Source: the human T2T-CHM13v2.0 reference genome, Homo sapiens
NCBI RefSeq assembly: GCF_009914755.1
Contig: NC_060933.1
Reading direction: 5' to 3' (one strand)
DNA: 64,000 nt
The notes beneath the pieces are model-generated. The model had not been told where the DNA came from. It saw only the letters and a program-made list of their open reading frames with translations, and ran no database searches. Of the stretch, positions 15,701-33,887 are shown in pieces; position 1 is the first letter of the stretch; every line of letters starts with the position of its first letter. Both the position numbers and the translations under genes were made by a program.

Positions 15701-16699
15701 TAGACAAACACAGAAATGTTCCTACACTTAGCCTGAACACCTGTAAGGTTTAGAAGACTTTTAGGAAACCTCTTCCCTTTCATGTAACAACCCCAGGTAA
15801 AAAAGAAATCCTAGAGATGAGTGGACCAGGCTTTAAGGAGTACCACTTTCTCAGAGGAGTCTCCACTTCGGGGCCAGACCTGACAATATGATGCAAATCT
15901 GGAGTCATGTTGAAGAATGCTTAGTCATGACCAATTCACGCAGAGTAATTGCAGGGCTTGAGACTCACCTACAAATGCCTATAGGAGAGAAGGAAAAGGA
16001 TCTAGAACATCCAACTCTTGGCTCAGTCAGCAGATGAACCCAGCATGCCAAGGACCTTGACAACCAGGAATGACCTGGGACCTGACTTCTTAGGCTACTT
16101 CAGACAAGACTAGATCTTCCTATCAGACTTCTTAGAACGCTGACTCCCAAGTTCAGCATGGTGCTCAAGCAGTCTCAGATGAAGGGAGGTACCAGCCTAA
16201 TACCTCTGTCCAGTGGGCCTCCTTAATTCAAATCTAGATCTGTTCTTGTCCACACTTCCACGGCAGTTATTCAGTGAGCATCATGAGTCTTTTCTCATTC
16301 AGCGTAATTGGATTTCCCCACAAAAGTTCTGAGTGTACTTGACATCAAGGGAGCAGAAACAGAGAAGAGAAATGCCTATTACATTCCCAAGATCAGGAAA
16401 AAAAAATGAGGAAACGTTTGCCTTTGTAAGTGCCAATCCTTTGATAAAATGGAAGACTTTCCAAGCCCACAACCATGGTCTATCTGTACACGATGGATAT
16501 CTCTGACTCAATCCAGCAGTTATGCAAAATGATGTTTGCCATGAAGGCAACTAGATAAGTGAACAAAAATGAATAGATCAAGGCAATCCTGATTTTTAGA
16601 AAAGCAACTCAAAGCACATACCATTTGATGTAGTTGTATTACACTTATATATGAATGAAAATCTATTATTAGTAGTATTTGATTAATAAAATAATATTC

Positions 16700-17361
<662 letters not shown>

Positions 17362-17464
17362 TCAGATTCCTCCTAAGAAATCAAAATTTCCTGAGATGTC
17401 CAAGACCTTCCTTATTTTTTTTTGTTTATTTCAAACCAACTACAAAATTAAATGTTCAAACTAA

Positions 17465-17779
<315 letters not shown>

Positions 17780-17809
17780 TAAGAAGGAAAATGGCTGGGA
17801 ATTTCAGTA

Positions 17810-18000
17810 CAGCAGTGGTTCTCAAAGTGCAATCTTAGACCAGCAGCTTCAGCATCACCTGAGAACTTGCTAGAAAGACAAAGTCTCAGGCACCCTCCAG
17901 ACCTGCTGAATTGGAATCTCTGGAGGTGTGGCTCAGCAATGTGCAGTTTAACCCGCCCTCCAGGTGATCCTGATGCACACTGAAGTTTGAGGACCACTGC
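17810..18000. mobile_element. MER5A (hAT-Charlie)
   Basis: cagtggttctcaaagtg...cagcatcacctgagaacttgctagaa...aagtttgaggaccactg with terminal inverted ends. Confidence 0.85.
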
Positions 18001-19045
18001 AGCAGAGCAACACTACTTGAACTACTAATGAGTAACTAACACGTCAACTATGAAACGCTTTTGTGGCTAGCATCCCGTGTGCCTCACAATCACTTGTTGT
18101 AAAACAAGTATCATCATCTTCCTCATTTTACAAAAGAGGAATCAGAGGTTCAGAGAGAGGAGATAATTTTACTTAAGGTCACACAGACAGTTGGCAGCAG
18201 AGATGAGCTCAAACCAGGTCTTCTGAATCCAAATAGTCCACATGTCCATCAATGTGCTGATATTCCACTGATGCACTAGAGTCCCAGAGGTTCTTTGCAT
18301 TGGCAGTCATTGTAATGTTACAAATCTTATAATATCTTATTTTTAGAAACTTAAAAACATACACTGCCTCAAATTGAGAGAGGCAAGTTCTAAAACCAGG
18401 CTTTTCAAAGGTATTATCCTGTGACAGTTCCCCATGTCAGACAAGTCTCATCTCTGTTCCTTAATTCTGCAGTGGAGCTGGCTTCAAGAGCAGTCAGTTA
18501 GGAACTGGGTCTTTGGTCAAAGCCTTGTAATTTATTGCAATACAGACAGATATATTGGGTCTCCTATGGTCCTAAAAATATGAGTACGAAGGATGTGATG
18601 GCATTTCACCTATAAGAGAAAAGGACTTCAGAAAAATGTGTAGCAATATTTCTTTCTATTCAAAACCTTAGAGAAGAATATTAAGTATAAGAATATCTTC
18701 ACTTGGCAGATGGGGATAAAGGAGACTAAAAGTTTGCTAAATTCAGTGAAAACTCATCAAAATGCTAGCATTTGTGAGGTTAGAGATATCTCCTCCTTCA
18801 CAGGCTTTTGCGAGAGGTCCGCAATTTTGCTGCATATACAGGAGACACACTGTGCCCTGCAGTGAATCACAGCCGCTTGGTAATAGGATGTTTGTGTGGC
18901 TTTGCGTGTTTGTATTTGTGCATGTGTGTGAACATACTCACAGATTATCTTGATTAATGTTTTGATATTTGAATTGTTTCCTGTATTTGACAACAATTCT
19001 GACAGAAAAACTAGTTGTTGTTGTTGTTGTTTTTTCAGTACATAA

Positions 19046-19461
<416 letters not shown>

Positions 19462-19984
19462 AGACTGGGGGCTTAAAAAAATTTTTTTTCATATATCTTT
19501 ATTTAAAATTCATTATGGTTGAATGCTTCCAAAGTTGACTATGCCCCAGGACCTCTAAAAGGACCTATGAAATGTTTGAAGAGCACTCACTATATTCCAG
19601 GCATGATATTAGTTATGGGACTACAGAGATCTGGCTTGTTCCTCTGTTCTTAATGACAGGACATAGCCCTGCATGGCTGAATAATACAATGCAGCATATG
19701 CACAGAACTTTAAGAATGACTAACTACAGGACTATAAAGATCAGAAAAGAGAAATCAGTTTCAGGCTGGAGCATTTGTGGGAGGCGTTATGGAAAAACAC
19801 CACTTAAATCTTGTCTTGACTATATACGTGGAAGAAAGGCGCTAGTGGGGAAGAGGGAGCCAGGACAGTGGCCCTGCCTGATCCAAGGTATCACTTTCAG
19901 CTGCTTTAGTTACCCATGGTTTGAAAGTATTACTTACAATATGATATTCAGAGAGAGAGAGAGAGACCACATTCACATAACTTT

Positions 19985-20165
19985 TATTTCAGTATATTGC
20001 TGTAATTGTTGTTAATCTCTTACTCTATCTAATTTGTAAATTAAGCTTTATCATAGGTATGTATGTATAGGAAAAAAACATAATATATGTAGGGTTCGGT
20101 ACCATCCGCAGTTTCAGGCATCCCCTGGGGGTCTTGGAACCTATCCCCGAGAATGAGGAGGACTG
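19985..20165. mobile_element. MER2 (TcMar-Tigger) fragment
   Basis: tttatcataggtatgtatgtataggaaaaaaacat...gggggtcttggaac; homologous to 48600-48730. Confidence 0.75.
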
Positions 20166-20876
20166 AGTACCACTGAGTGGACCAGCAGGACCACGAGACT
20201 CTGTCAGGAATGCCTGTGATGCACCGGGTTCCTCTAAGTCCAGCTGGAGCAGCGTGTTCTCATGAGCATGCTAGGACAAGGAGGAAAGATTGGAAATATG
20301 ATAATATCAGTAAATGAGGCTCTGAATACAATTTAAATGTTTAAGAAAACTTGTCAGGAGAGTGATTTTCATTTACTTCAGTTTGCCTCAATTTTTTCTA
20401 CTAGTTATAAATCTTGCAATCCAGTATCTCACGGGTATGATCCTTTCCATGACACCACCTAGGTAAAATGTACTTACAAAATCCCTACTAAACATGCGTT
20501 TCTCATTAGCTCCCAGCCCCAGGAAAAGTTACTCCAAAAAGAACCAGTGCCCAGTAAAACTAGTCCCAGGCAAGAGATACAAGAGGAAATGGACTTTCCT
20601 AGGGGTCGCTCCTTTAACAAAGTCATTAGAGTTTCAATAATGATGCTATCATTCTCCCCAGATGGCCTACAGAAATGTTGGATTTTCAAAATCAAATTCA
20701 CCATTTTAAAGTTGTTCTCCTACCCTTTTAATGGTGATTCCACATGGGAACCAGTCCCACCTTTCTCCCCACTGGCTGGGCTGCTGCATTGTTCTAGGAG
20801 GCCAGGAGACTGTCCATGCTTCCCAAACTTCACTGTTCTTACACGTCACCTGAGGATTTGTCAAAATGCAGATTTT

Positions 20877-21192
20877 GGCCTGATGCAGTGGCTCCGCCTC
20901 TAATCCCAGCACTTTGGGAGGCTGAGGTGGAAGGACTGCTTGAGCCCAGGAGTTCAGGACCAGCCTGGGCAACATGGCGAAACTCTGTCTCTTTAAAAAA
21001 ATACAAAAAAATACAAAAATTTAGCCAAGCGTGGTAGTGGTGTGTGCCTGTAGTCCCAGCTACTCGAGAGGCTGAGGTGCGAGGATAGCTTGAGCCCGAG
21101 GAGGTCAAGGCTGCAATGAGCCATGATCGTGCCACTGCACTCCAGCCTGGGTGACAGAGAAAGACCCTGTCTCAAAAAAAGAAAAAGAAAAA
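20877..21192 (+). mobile_element. AluJ-like element inserted in a MER5-type relic
   Basis: Full Alu with AAAATGCAGATT flanking both ends. Confidence 0.92.
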
Positions 21193-24100
21193 TGCAGATT
21201 CTGATTCAGTAGGTCTGGGGTTGGTCCTGAAGCACTGCATTTCTAACAGGCCCCCAGGTGATGCTGCTGCTGCTACACTGGACCAAACTTTGAGTGGAGA
21301 GCCTGCAAAGATTGCTTAATTTCCTCCCTTTCACATTTCTCCCTATTACCTCTCCCTCCTTCCCTGAGGGCTTAATCTCTTAGGCCATCCTTATCATCAT
21401 TTACCACTTTTGCCGTCTGCTTCCTCCCAAAAAATAAATAAATAAATAAATAAATAATAAAATAAAATTTTAATGGCAAAAAAAGAAGTTGTAAATCTCA
21501 ATAAAATTATGTGAGAACAAAAAAAAAAGCAAACATGCTCAAACTGCTGCACCTTGAACCAACTATAGACGTCAGTTCATCCATTCATTCAGCAGTTATT
21601 GAGCTCCTACTTTGTGCCAGGCACTGTGCTACATATGTGGAAGGATGAAGTCCCAATATCAGTAGGACAAGGCTACAGACAAAACAGTACTGCTGCTCAT
21701 TATTCATGTCTATGTGCAAACACAACAGATGGCCTGCCCTCCACTTCATTCTACAGAGATCAGAAGTCGTGGGTGAGAGTGTGCTGATGGTGCACAACTG
21801 TGTAAATTACTAAAACTCATCAAACTCTAAACATAAAATGGGTGAATGTTACGGTATGTAAATCATACCCTGAATACAGATAGTAGATGAGGTTCCTCTG
21901 TTGCTTAATTGCTTCTCAAGTCCAATCTGGAAGTTACAGCTTTTAATGAATAGAGTAACTATTTTTTCACGTTGTTTGTGCTGTGTATTTTCTCCTCCAC
22001 TCTGCTAACAGACAGCAGAGGTGACGCAGAAGTGGAAAATATTTGGGGCTTGAACAGCTCTCAGGTTTCCCCTTTAGTAAGCTCCAGCTTCTCAGCAGAC
22101 TTGGGCTGTAGATCGATAAGCCCAGATTTCCAAGGTGACCATAAATGAGTCTCTGTTGCTGAGAGCTAATAGCGGAAACATTTGCTTGCCAGGTCCACTG
22201 CGTCTAGTGCCACCACGGGGCAGCGACCTTTCTGACTCAGCTGTAGTGGAAGCAGAAACAGCCATAAAGAATCCTGGCAGCCTGATTTGCTGCAGCCAGT
22301 ACTCATCCAGCCAGTCCTGCAACTCTTCAAACTGTTACCAAGCTGGGACCTCAATCAGCTTCTGTCTTTTCCTGCAATAATAAAAAACATCTCGGGTTCA
22401 GAAGCCAAGACAAGAAGATAGAGAGATACAATCTTCTATCTTCCTCTTCTGCTCCCCCAAACACCCCGACCATTTAGATTTTTAAATTTTCTTCTTTATA
22501 CTTATCTGGACTTTCTCATTCTTATAAAGACTAAGTGATGTTAAATTTGTTTTTAATTTAAATAAAAGATAGTAGTACTCACTGGCACCAGTTACAGCTT
22601 GCCTTTAAGAGAAGTAGTTTCAGATACACCCTGAAAGGGTTCTGCAGCATATATGTGGTCATAGGCTCAGAAAACAGGCTGTTGAGTGGTGGCGTTTTTA
22701 AACTGGAGTTGGGGTCTATGAAGAGGAAGGAGAAGGAATTTGTCCGAGTAGCCAAAGGACAACCAAATGTGTAGAGTGTAGGTGGAAAAAGAAGCAGTAG
22801 TTTTAACTTGAGACCAAGGCCATATGCCTGGCTTATAGCTGGAAATGGGGAAATGGCTTTCCTAGGCAGTATATGTGGCGTTGGGGTTGGGAATATGGGC
22901 ACTCAAGCCAGATTGCCTGAGTTCAGATCCCATTCTGCCTCAACTAGATGTGTGACCCTGAGAAGTTACCTACCCTCGGTTTCCCCAGATGTAAAATCGG
23001 AATAATAATTGTACCTCTCCCTTGCAGTTAGTGTCAGAATAAAATGAGTTAATACATGGAACTTAGAATAAGACTTCATACATACTAAGGGATCAGTAAG
23101 TGTAACATTGTTCAGTGGGGCAAATAGGGGACTGATGGATTTGAGTGGGAAATAGAGAATTAATCTGACTTAAATACGGAGATTGTCTATCCATGATTTG
23201 TCTGTCTCTATAAAGTTTGAATCATAAGACACAGTGATGCTGATGAGACATTGGCCTGGGAGCAGCAGGATTCTGGGTTTATATCCAGCTGTGCTGTCCC
23301 ACAGGTATGTGACTGGACAGGGCACTTCACCTCTTTGCATGTTAGTTTCATCAACTATGAAATAAAGAGACTAGAATACAGCATCTCTAATAGTTTATCA
23401 TTCTCATATTGTACAAATAGTTCATTTACTTAGCCTGGGTCTGTCAGGCATAATAACGCTACCATGTGCTCTGGCTTCAGCTGTGTGCAGGGACTCTTCT
23501 GAACATTTGATATGTTTCAACTAATTTAATCTTTACATTAATTTATGAGGTAGGCTCTTATCACCCACACATCACAGATGAAGAAACTATGACATGAAAA
23601 GGTTAAGTAGCTTGTTTAAGGTTGCAAAGCCAGTAAGCAGCAAAGCGGGATTCAGAGTTGAGCACTCTGGCTCCAGAGTCCATCCTCTTAATTGCCATGC
23701 TGAGCTGTTCCCTCTAGTGACTATATTCAGTTGCTAGTAACAGAAGGAAGAGTAGCTTAAATAAGAAATTTATTTTTCTCTCACATTAAATAAGATTGGA
23801 GGTAGTCGATGTAGAGCTGTGTAGTGGCCTCATAAAGTCATCAGAGACCCTGGTTCTTTTCCAATCCTTTGCCATGCCATCCTGGTTCTAGTGTACCCAT
23901 TCTCGTGGTCATGATATGGTTGCTAGGGCTCCAGCCATCATGACCACATCTAGGCAAGTCAGGAGTAGAAATGAGGAAACAGCAAAAAGATGTGCCCATT
24001 TCCCAGTGCCTTCACCTATATTATCAGCGATCCCTACCTGCATGGGAGGCTAGGAAGTGTAAGTTTTCAGGTGGTCACACTGCCTGGAGTTCTGCCAGTA

Positions 24101-24196
24101 GGGAAGAAAGAATGGATATTGAGAAAACAACTAACGAATGTTTGTCTGCCACACTGAGGAACCCATGTATGGGCTGTGCTGAAAAAGGGGGGCCAA

Positions 24197-24485
24197 GGCT
24201 GGGTACAGTGGCTACGCCTGTAATCCCAGTACTTTGGGAGGCTGAGGTGGGCGGATTACTTGAGCTCACAAGTTCGAGACCAGCCTGGGCAACATGGCAA
24301 AACCTCGTCTTTACAAAAAATACAAAAAAAATTAACCGGGTGTAGTGGCGTGCCTGTAGTTCCAACTGCTCGGGAAGCTGAGGTGGGAGGATCACTTGAG
24401 CCCAGGAGGCAGAGGTTGCAGTGAGCTGAGATCATGCCACTGCCTTCCACCCTGCATGACAGAATGAGATCCTCTCTCTAAAAAT
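24197..24485 (+). mobile_element. Alu (AluJ-like)
   Basis: Alu consensus motifs. Confidence 0.92.
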
Positions 24486-26849
24486 AGAGGGGGTACCAAG
24501 AGATGCAGGGGGGTTGAGGGCAGCATGACTACTCTCTCTGTAGGAGACCTTAACTCTATAAATGGAGGCCCCAAAATGTTACTGCCATCAAAAGCCAGGA
24601 ATCCTTTTCTGGAGGCGTAACTTCCTGCCCTTTCTAATCCCTATCAATCTGGTTTCTGTAGAACTGTGACTGCTAGAAAACCCCAGGCATACTTGTTCTA
24701 AGAAAATACTTGTGTTCGGTGAATTTACCAACAAAGGGAGCATCAGAGGATGTGAGGGAAGTCTGGAATGGTTGTATCACTAAGTGAGAGCAGCACAGAT
24801 GTTTGTGGACCTATTGAGAATGTTACAGATAAGACCATTTTTGAAAAGTTGTTTGCAGTGTCATTTTATGATCTTGTGTACATTTTCCAAGCGATGTGGC
24901 TATTCTCTAGGAGGGATAGTAGAAATTATTTCAATTTTAATCAAATAACCTAGAGAATATAACCCAAATGACTGAAAGGAAGAAATGTAGAAAAAGTATA
25001 TAAAATAATTTTATGCATTATAAAAGTTTAAAGACATAAAGTAATATTACTACATAAAATCTAAGTTTTTTACTCCAGCTATTAATATGTTTTTCTTTAT
25101 AAAACATCACATTTATTAATTGCTGTGTAACAAACTACCTCACAATTTAGTGGCTTAAAAGAAAATTTAATTATTATGCATGTGGTACATAATAATTTTT
25201 GCTTTCCTCATTTCTACTCCTGATACTTGCCTAGGATGTGGTCATGATGGCTGGGGCCCTAGCGAGGTGTATTGTGGCCATGAGAATGGTTTTGCTGCAA
25301 CTTGGGGTTGGCTGGGCTCAGCTAAGCAGTTTTTGCCTGGAGTCTCTCAGTTGCACTGAGACAGTGACTAGGACTTGAATTACCTGAATGCTTCCTCACT
25401 CATGTCTGGTGTCTGGGCTGAGAATACTCAAACAGCAGGGGCTCCTCCTCTCTCTAACTCTCCTTCTCTCCACATGGTCTCTCCTGCATGACAGCTTTAG
25501 GGTAACTAGACTTGTCACAGGATGGTTCAGAACTCTTATAGTACAGAACGAGAGAGAGACAGAGGCCATATTACCTTTTATTAGCCAGTCACACAGTACC
25601 ACCTCCACCACATCCTATTCAGTGTGGCTGTCACAAAGAACCATCCACCTCTTGATGGGGGCATGGGCAAGGTTCTAGGAGAGCACATTCTTGTGGCCAT
25701 TTTTAGAAATACAATCTGCTACACTCCAGAAGCATCTGTCTGCCTTATTATCATAGCTTCTGATTTAATTCTCCCAGCAACCCTAGGAGATTATATGAGC
25801 TTATTATCCCCATTTTCCAGATGAGAAAATTGAAGATTTTTATGGTTAAGTCATCCTGCTAATGAGTAGCAGCTTGTTTCAACCGCAGTTGTCTGCATAT
25901 AACACATTTAACTCAGTCAAGGGCACATGGTGAGCAATCAGAAGGTGTTAGCTAGCTGCTGCTACTTCTGCAAACAAAGACTAAGGAGAGTTTAGTTGAT
26001 TTTACCAAAGTTGTCCGAGTAGACTTCCCCAAATTAGCTGTTAGCTTTGGCAGGACTCATCCCACCTCCTGTAGCCTGCCAATGTTATAAACTTGGGCCT
26101 TGAAGTCATCCTGAAACTGATCTTATTTTACACATGGTGGTAATTGTAACTGTTAGTTAAGAAGCAATAAAAAAATAATAAGGGGTGATATAGATTTCTC
26201 AGGATTCAAAGGCCATATGCCTTCCCTTCTATTTCTTCCCTAAAACCGTTAATTCATAACCTTAGCTATCCTATAATTTGCTTCAATTAATGACAAACAT
26301 AAAAGATAGGTGAAAATCCAGTTAAGGGAGTTCTTTCAGATTCTGTGTGAGTTAAATCAAGTCCTTCTTCTATAGCAGGCTAATTCCATGATGAAGCTGT
26401 GGTGCTAAGTTTATTTTTGCCTAGGCAGGTAGCTCTTCCTTGCCACATGCTATCCTCTTCCTCTTTGACTGTCATCCTGAAAATGTGTTCAGTGTTAAGA
26501 GGATTTGATAACAATGTCTGGGTATCTCCATAACTTAGTCCAAATCTAGTACCACTGTTAGGAAAATAATGTAAGCCATATTGATCACCCACGTCTTATT
26601 CATTTGAAGGATAATATAGTTATTACTAATTATTGCGTGTTAGGTAACATACAGCCATTATTCTGTCCCTTTAAGGTTTATTGATTTGTAAGTTCCCTTG
26701 GGTAGAAGAGTACAAAACAAAAGGCAAAACTTCATCATGTTTAAATAACGTGATTTTCTTCTTTGGTGTGTACCGTACCGTGCAGGAGACAGGGAAAACA
26801 CCACGTTTAATGGTCCACAAGCCAGATAACCATGATGAGTTCTAAAGAT

Positions 26850-27950
<1,101 letters not shown>

Positions 27951-28779
27951 TTTTCTCACCTTGAAGCACATACAGTCAAGGAATGTACATTTGTAACTTA
28001 TACTATGTGTGGTGCAAGCCTAGAATTTCCATTTCTCAATATGACTTTCTTTTCCATAAATGGCCCTAAGCTGATAGCAAGTTTTCATTCTGCCTCTCTG
28101 GACATCTTGCAGCATTTTTCTAAACCCTCTTTCATAGATGGGATAGCTTTTCAAGGCTCTGGACGATATGCAGGTGGCATATCCAGAATCTCCCTTTGCC
28201 CTGGCCAAGGCCACATCACTAATCTTGTGTGAGCTTTGAAGCCCCTTCCCCTCAGCCCATAGACCTATACACAGTCCTAAAATCTTAATGGGCAGTCCTA
28301 CTGACAGCTGCCTTGTCACCAGCTCCTGTGATCATTCTAGCTTTGATTTTTCTCTTTCTTTCTGGCACCTGGTGTTCCCCTTTCTCTTTCAACAAGTTTT
28401 TGCTGTGCTTTCCTAGCACTTCCATATGTGCGTAGCAGGAGGAGGCTGAATGCCATCTGCTCTGTCTGCCATGTTGCTGTAAATCACAGTGAGTTTTTTG
28501 TAAGTGTAACAGCTTCCATTCTGCAGTGTGTTTTGAGTCTGACTCTTAGATCCATCACTTCCTCACAGTGTTATCTTGGGCAAGCATCCTAACATTTCTG
28601 AGTTTCAGAAACAAAATAGAGATAAATGCTGACTTTTTAGGGTTGTTGGGAAAATTAAACAGATAATGCATGTAAAACTTCTTGAAACTTCTTCTGGCAC
28701 ATAGCAAGTCAGAGGTTCTCAATTCTGGCTAGGTTGGCTTCAGTATCCCCTGGGCAACTTTTTAAAATTAGACATTTCT

Positions 28780-28960
28780 GGGCCAGAAGCAATGGCCCAC
28801 ACTTGTAGTCCCAGCTACCCAGGAGGCTGAGGTAGGAGGATCACTGGGGCCCAGGAGGTCGAAGTTTGCCATGAGCTGTGATCATGCCACTGCACTCCAG
28901 CCTGGGTGATAGAGTGAGCCCCGTCTCAAAAAATAATAAAATAAGGTAAAAAAAAAACAA
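28780..28960 (+). mobile_element. Free Alu monomer (FRAM/FAM-like) inside a MER5-type relic
   Basis: Single monomer with A-tail; ATTTCTGGG on both sides. Confidence 0.75.
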
Positions 28961-29171
28961 ACACAGAGATTTCTGGGTGCTACCCCTCAGCAGTTATGAT
29001 TCATTAAGTCTGAGATAGATCCCAGAAATCTGCATTTTGAAAAGCTCCACAGGTGATCCCGATATGCCACCCAGTTTGAAAACGTTCTTAAAGTTATTCG
29101 AAAAATCGTAAGTAATTTCATTGTTCTCAGATTTCTAAGCACTTCAAAGTCATTTATTTCTCCCACACTGA

Positions 29172-29357
<186 letters not shown>

Positions 29358-29827
29358 TAAGAACAGGGCAGAGGAGGCCTCTTCCTGTGGGATAAAGAGC
29401 AGCGCATGGGGCCTAGCACCTTGGGGCATGCTCTGCTGCACTTGGGGAGCTGCAGAACCTCGAAAGGGTGGAAGAGGGTCCCACAGTCAGAGAGGCTACC
29501 AGAGTGTGATTCATTCTGCCTCTGTCCTCCCCATCCCTGCTCCTTGACCTCTCCCAGACACCTTGGTGTTGGTCTTGTGCCAGGGTATTCCCAGGGCTGA
29601 ATGATGGCCTGTGTTGGTTTTTTTGTTTGTTTGGTTGGTTTGTATGTTTGTTTTGGCACAGTGTGAAGGGGTCGCAGACCTTTCACTTATTATTTGCTGA
29701 GTTGTCCATGACTGATGTCCATTTCTACTGGGTGATCCACCCCCAACCCTTTCTAAAAGGCTAACTGATCTTTTCTTGCTTCTGTACGCTCTCTTTCCCT
29801 CTCCTCCCTCTCTTTTCTTAATTTCAG

Positions 29828-29888
29828 GGACTCCTTCCACAGATCTAGTTTCAGGAAATGTGAAACCCAGTTGTCACAGGGCAGCTAA
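29828..29888 (+). CDS. DOCK8: DOCK8 exon 48, coding part with stop codon
   Basis: Long pyrimidine tract then atttcag|G; DSFHRSSFRKCETQLSQGS-TAA (stop 29886-29888). Confidence 0.96.
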
Positions 29889-30923
29889 GAAAAGCCATCT
29901 TCATTCGTGGAGACTGTGGCCCTGCAACCCTGGAGAAGGACTTGCTGGTACTTAAAAAATGGGACATTTGCCACCCAGGACTGACTGTACACTCCCTGAT
30001 CAGCCAGCACTCTGGAAGCTTTGGGATCCCAGGAACCATGGAATTATTCCCAAATGGACTCTGACCAGATTTTTGCCATACTGGGGGGTGGCGGGATGGA
30101 GGATGGGTACTCAGGCATGACTGCGTATTTATTAAAGTGTGTTTTTCCACAATGTACCAAACAAGGCATAAGCAGCTTCTCCTGCTGACTGGCCAATCAC
30201 TGCCCATCTGAGAGATGATTTCCTCTGGCCCATATTTGAATTTATTGGAGTAACTCAAATTGCCTGAGGAAAAATGGAAAAATTATCCACCAGTCGATTC
30301 AAACTGAATTTCACTCTTTATAGGAAGGCAGGGCAAACTTGTAGGAGTACGAAACATTTTCAATAAATCTACAAAGGGAAGCCTTACTACAATTCCAAAA
30401 ATCATCATGGTTGGAAATTTGGGAGGAGATTATTTGTGAACTTGTTACCCTTTTGGTAATGGTGGACTAATTGCTGTATAGTTATTTTTGTTTTATTATT
30501 ACTGTTACATTAATTTAACATGCATTTATAGAAGAATACATTCAAAGCACTGATGTAGGAGATACACGGTACTTGGAGCAGTCAGCCAAAAATCACAGAT
30601 ACTGCTTTCACTTAAATGGAAACAATTCTCCGATAATGCTTTGCTTTTTTTCTTATGTCACTCTTGTGTACTATCTATTTTTCTCCTCTCTGGGACCAAG
30701 TTTCTTTTTATAAAGCAATAATATCTCTGTTTTCATTTCAGAACATTGTGCTGTCTGTCAGCATATGTATATCAGCTACAAAATATATTCAACTTTGACT
30801 TCTTTTGACAAAGGACTTTAGGAAAAAGAGGAACAAAGACATTATTTGAGAATTAAATTATATATTTTTAATATGACTGTGACCTTGACTGATAATAAAG
30901 ATGTAATAAGAATTGCAAGCTAA
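29889..30923 (+). other. DOCK8: DOCK8 3' UTR (3' end approximate)
   Basis: Repeat-free AU-rich sequence after the stop, ending ~20-25 nt after AATAAA at 30894. Confidence 0.8.
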
Positions 30924-30963
30924 ATGTTTCCCTTTGCAACTCATGCTTTGTGTTTTGTTTTGA
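30894..30963 (+). terminator. DOCK8: DOCK8 main polyadenylation signal with downstream GU/U-rich element
   Basis: AATAAA at 30894-30899, followed by tgtttccctttg and gctttgtgttttgttttg. Confidence 0.8.
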
Positions 30964-31900
30964 TGACCTACTCGCTCGTAATGTTTTGTAAGGCACTTCA
31001 GAGAGAAGACAGATGCATCATCCTGGCCTCCATCAAATAACACTATCCAAGGTGGCACCTCTTCTGCAATGTTTAACCCTGCTAGTAATGAACGATGACT
31101 TAGTTCGGATATTTCAGAACTTTTTGTTTATACCATCAGGTATGCATGAATTTATAATCTGAAAGAGGACTTAAAATAATAATTAAAACTTACCAGCTTA
31201 AGTGCTAAACTTTTTATTTTTTAGGTATTTGGGGAAGAACTCTTTTTAAAGTATACACCTAACTGCTTTTTAAAATGAGTACACATGACATACTTTAATT
31301 CCATATGTATTCCCCTACTCTTTGGGAGACACTGTGTTGAGACCAAGGTCAAAAAACGTGGTCACCGCCCTCCAAATCGTCTCCGTTCCCTGAGGAAGAT
31401 CATATACCTGTGTAGTAGCCACAGTACAAAACAGACTAGAACACAGCCCATAGCATGTAACCTTTTCCTGACTAACTCAAGGATAGGCCAACACCTATGG
31501 TATTAGATTCTGCCCTAAAACAATAAGAGTTAGATGCTAAGTTATATAGTCCTGGACCTTAACTCAAATAGCCAGAATAGCCCTAGTAACCTAGAATATT
31601 CCTGATTAAATATCCCCTGCTTTTAGATACCTGTTGTCCATTTGGGTTTGTTTTTTACAGTCTCTTTTGTACCACAGTGGATACATTTGCTTCATGAGTG
31701 CAGGAACCATGTTCACTGCTGCATTCTTACCCCTAGCCCTGCAACAAACACACAAAAGATACCCAATAAATATTTGTTGATTCACTAAATGAATGAATGA
31801 TGAGTAGGCCTGCTTCGAGAAGTGCACTGCCAATAAGAATGTAATGCAAGCCACATATATAATTTTAAAAATTCTAGTAGCCATATTAAAAATAATAATA

Positions 31901-32193
<293 letters not shown>

Positions 32194-33106
32194 AATCAGC
32201 ATCATAAAAAGAAACCAGCAAAATTAACTTTACTAGTATATTTAACCCAACATATATAAAATATTATTTCAATATGCTTCCACTATAAAAAATTATTTTA
32301 CAGTCTTTTATTTCCATATTAAGTCTTTAAAAATCTGATGTGTAGTTTGTACTTACAGCACGTTGCAGTTAGGACTGGCCACATTTTAAGTGCACAGTAG
32401 CCACAGGGGGCCACTGGCTACCATATTGGATAGTGCCATTCTAGAAGCTTTCAGCTTTTTCAACTGGATGCCTCTGATTTGTGGGCTCAGAATACAGATA
32501 ACCAAAGAAGTGGGACTAGTGTCTGAAGTAAGAATGACAGGGTATGATTGAGAGCCCCATGAGCTTACCTAGGAGAGAAACTTGTGGGGTTGCAGAATAA
32601 GGATTTGTCAATATTGGCTCTAGCTGTTCACACTATTTCTGGGCCAACTCCCAGATCATTTCTCAACTCCAGATAGTTAAGTGGGGAGCATGGCTGCACT
32701 TTTTAAAGTGATGGCACAAAAAAAGATATTGAACGTTGGTCCTCTGATTATATATTCTAAATATGCAGTTAGAAAAGAGGCCTTTTAAGAATCCCTAAGA
32801 GTAAAGCAAATTAGTATCTTTGTTTCCTGAAAATTAGAGAAACTTGATATGCCATGATAGCCCTCTTCATTTTATTTGGAAAACTCTTCTATGAAAGCTT
32901 ATTAGAGAAAATTTTCTGATTAGCTTCATGCCTCCCCTCCTTCAGCAAGGTCAAGGGTGCAGTTGTCACTATCACATAAGAATCTCATAAAAATTAAACA
33001 TGAATATACTGCACAGATCTGATTGGGTTTGTCATGCCACACATTGTTTTAAATTCCATAATTCTATTCTATAAAGAGTGGTTTCTATGACAATAGATCG
33101 TTTTAA

Positions 33107-33492
<386 letters not shown>

Positions 33493-33549
33493 AAGCTTCA
33501 ATATTCTTAAACCCAACCTCACACAGCCTGATTTAAAAACTAAATTTCT

Positions 33550-33877
<328 letters not shown>

Positions 33878-33887
33878 CTAAATTTCT

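Noticed and set aside
22208-22224. CTCF-like TGCCACCACGGGGCAGC in DOCK8 intron 46
   Set aside because: It mismatches a near-invariant core G and has no other support.
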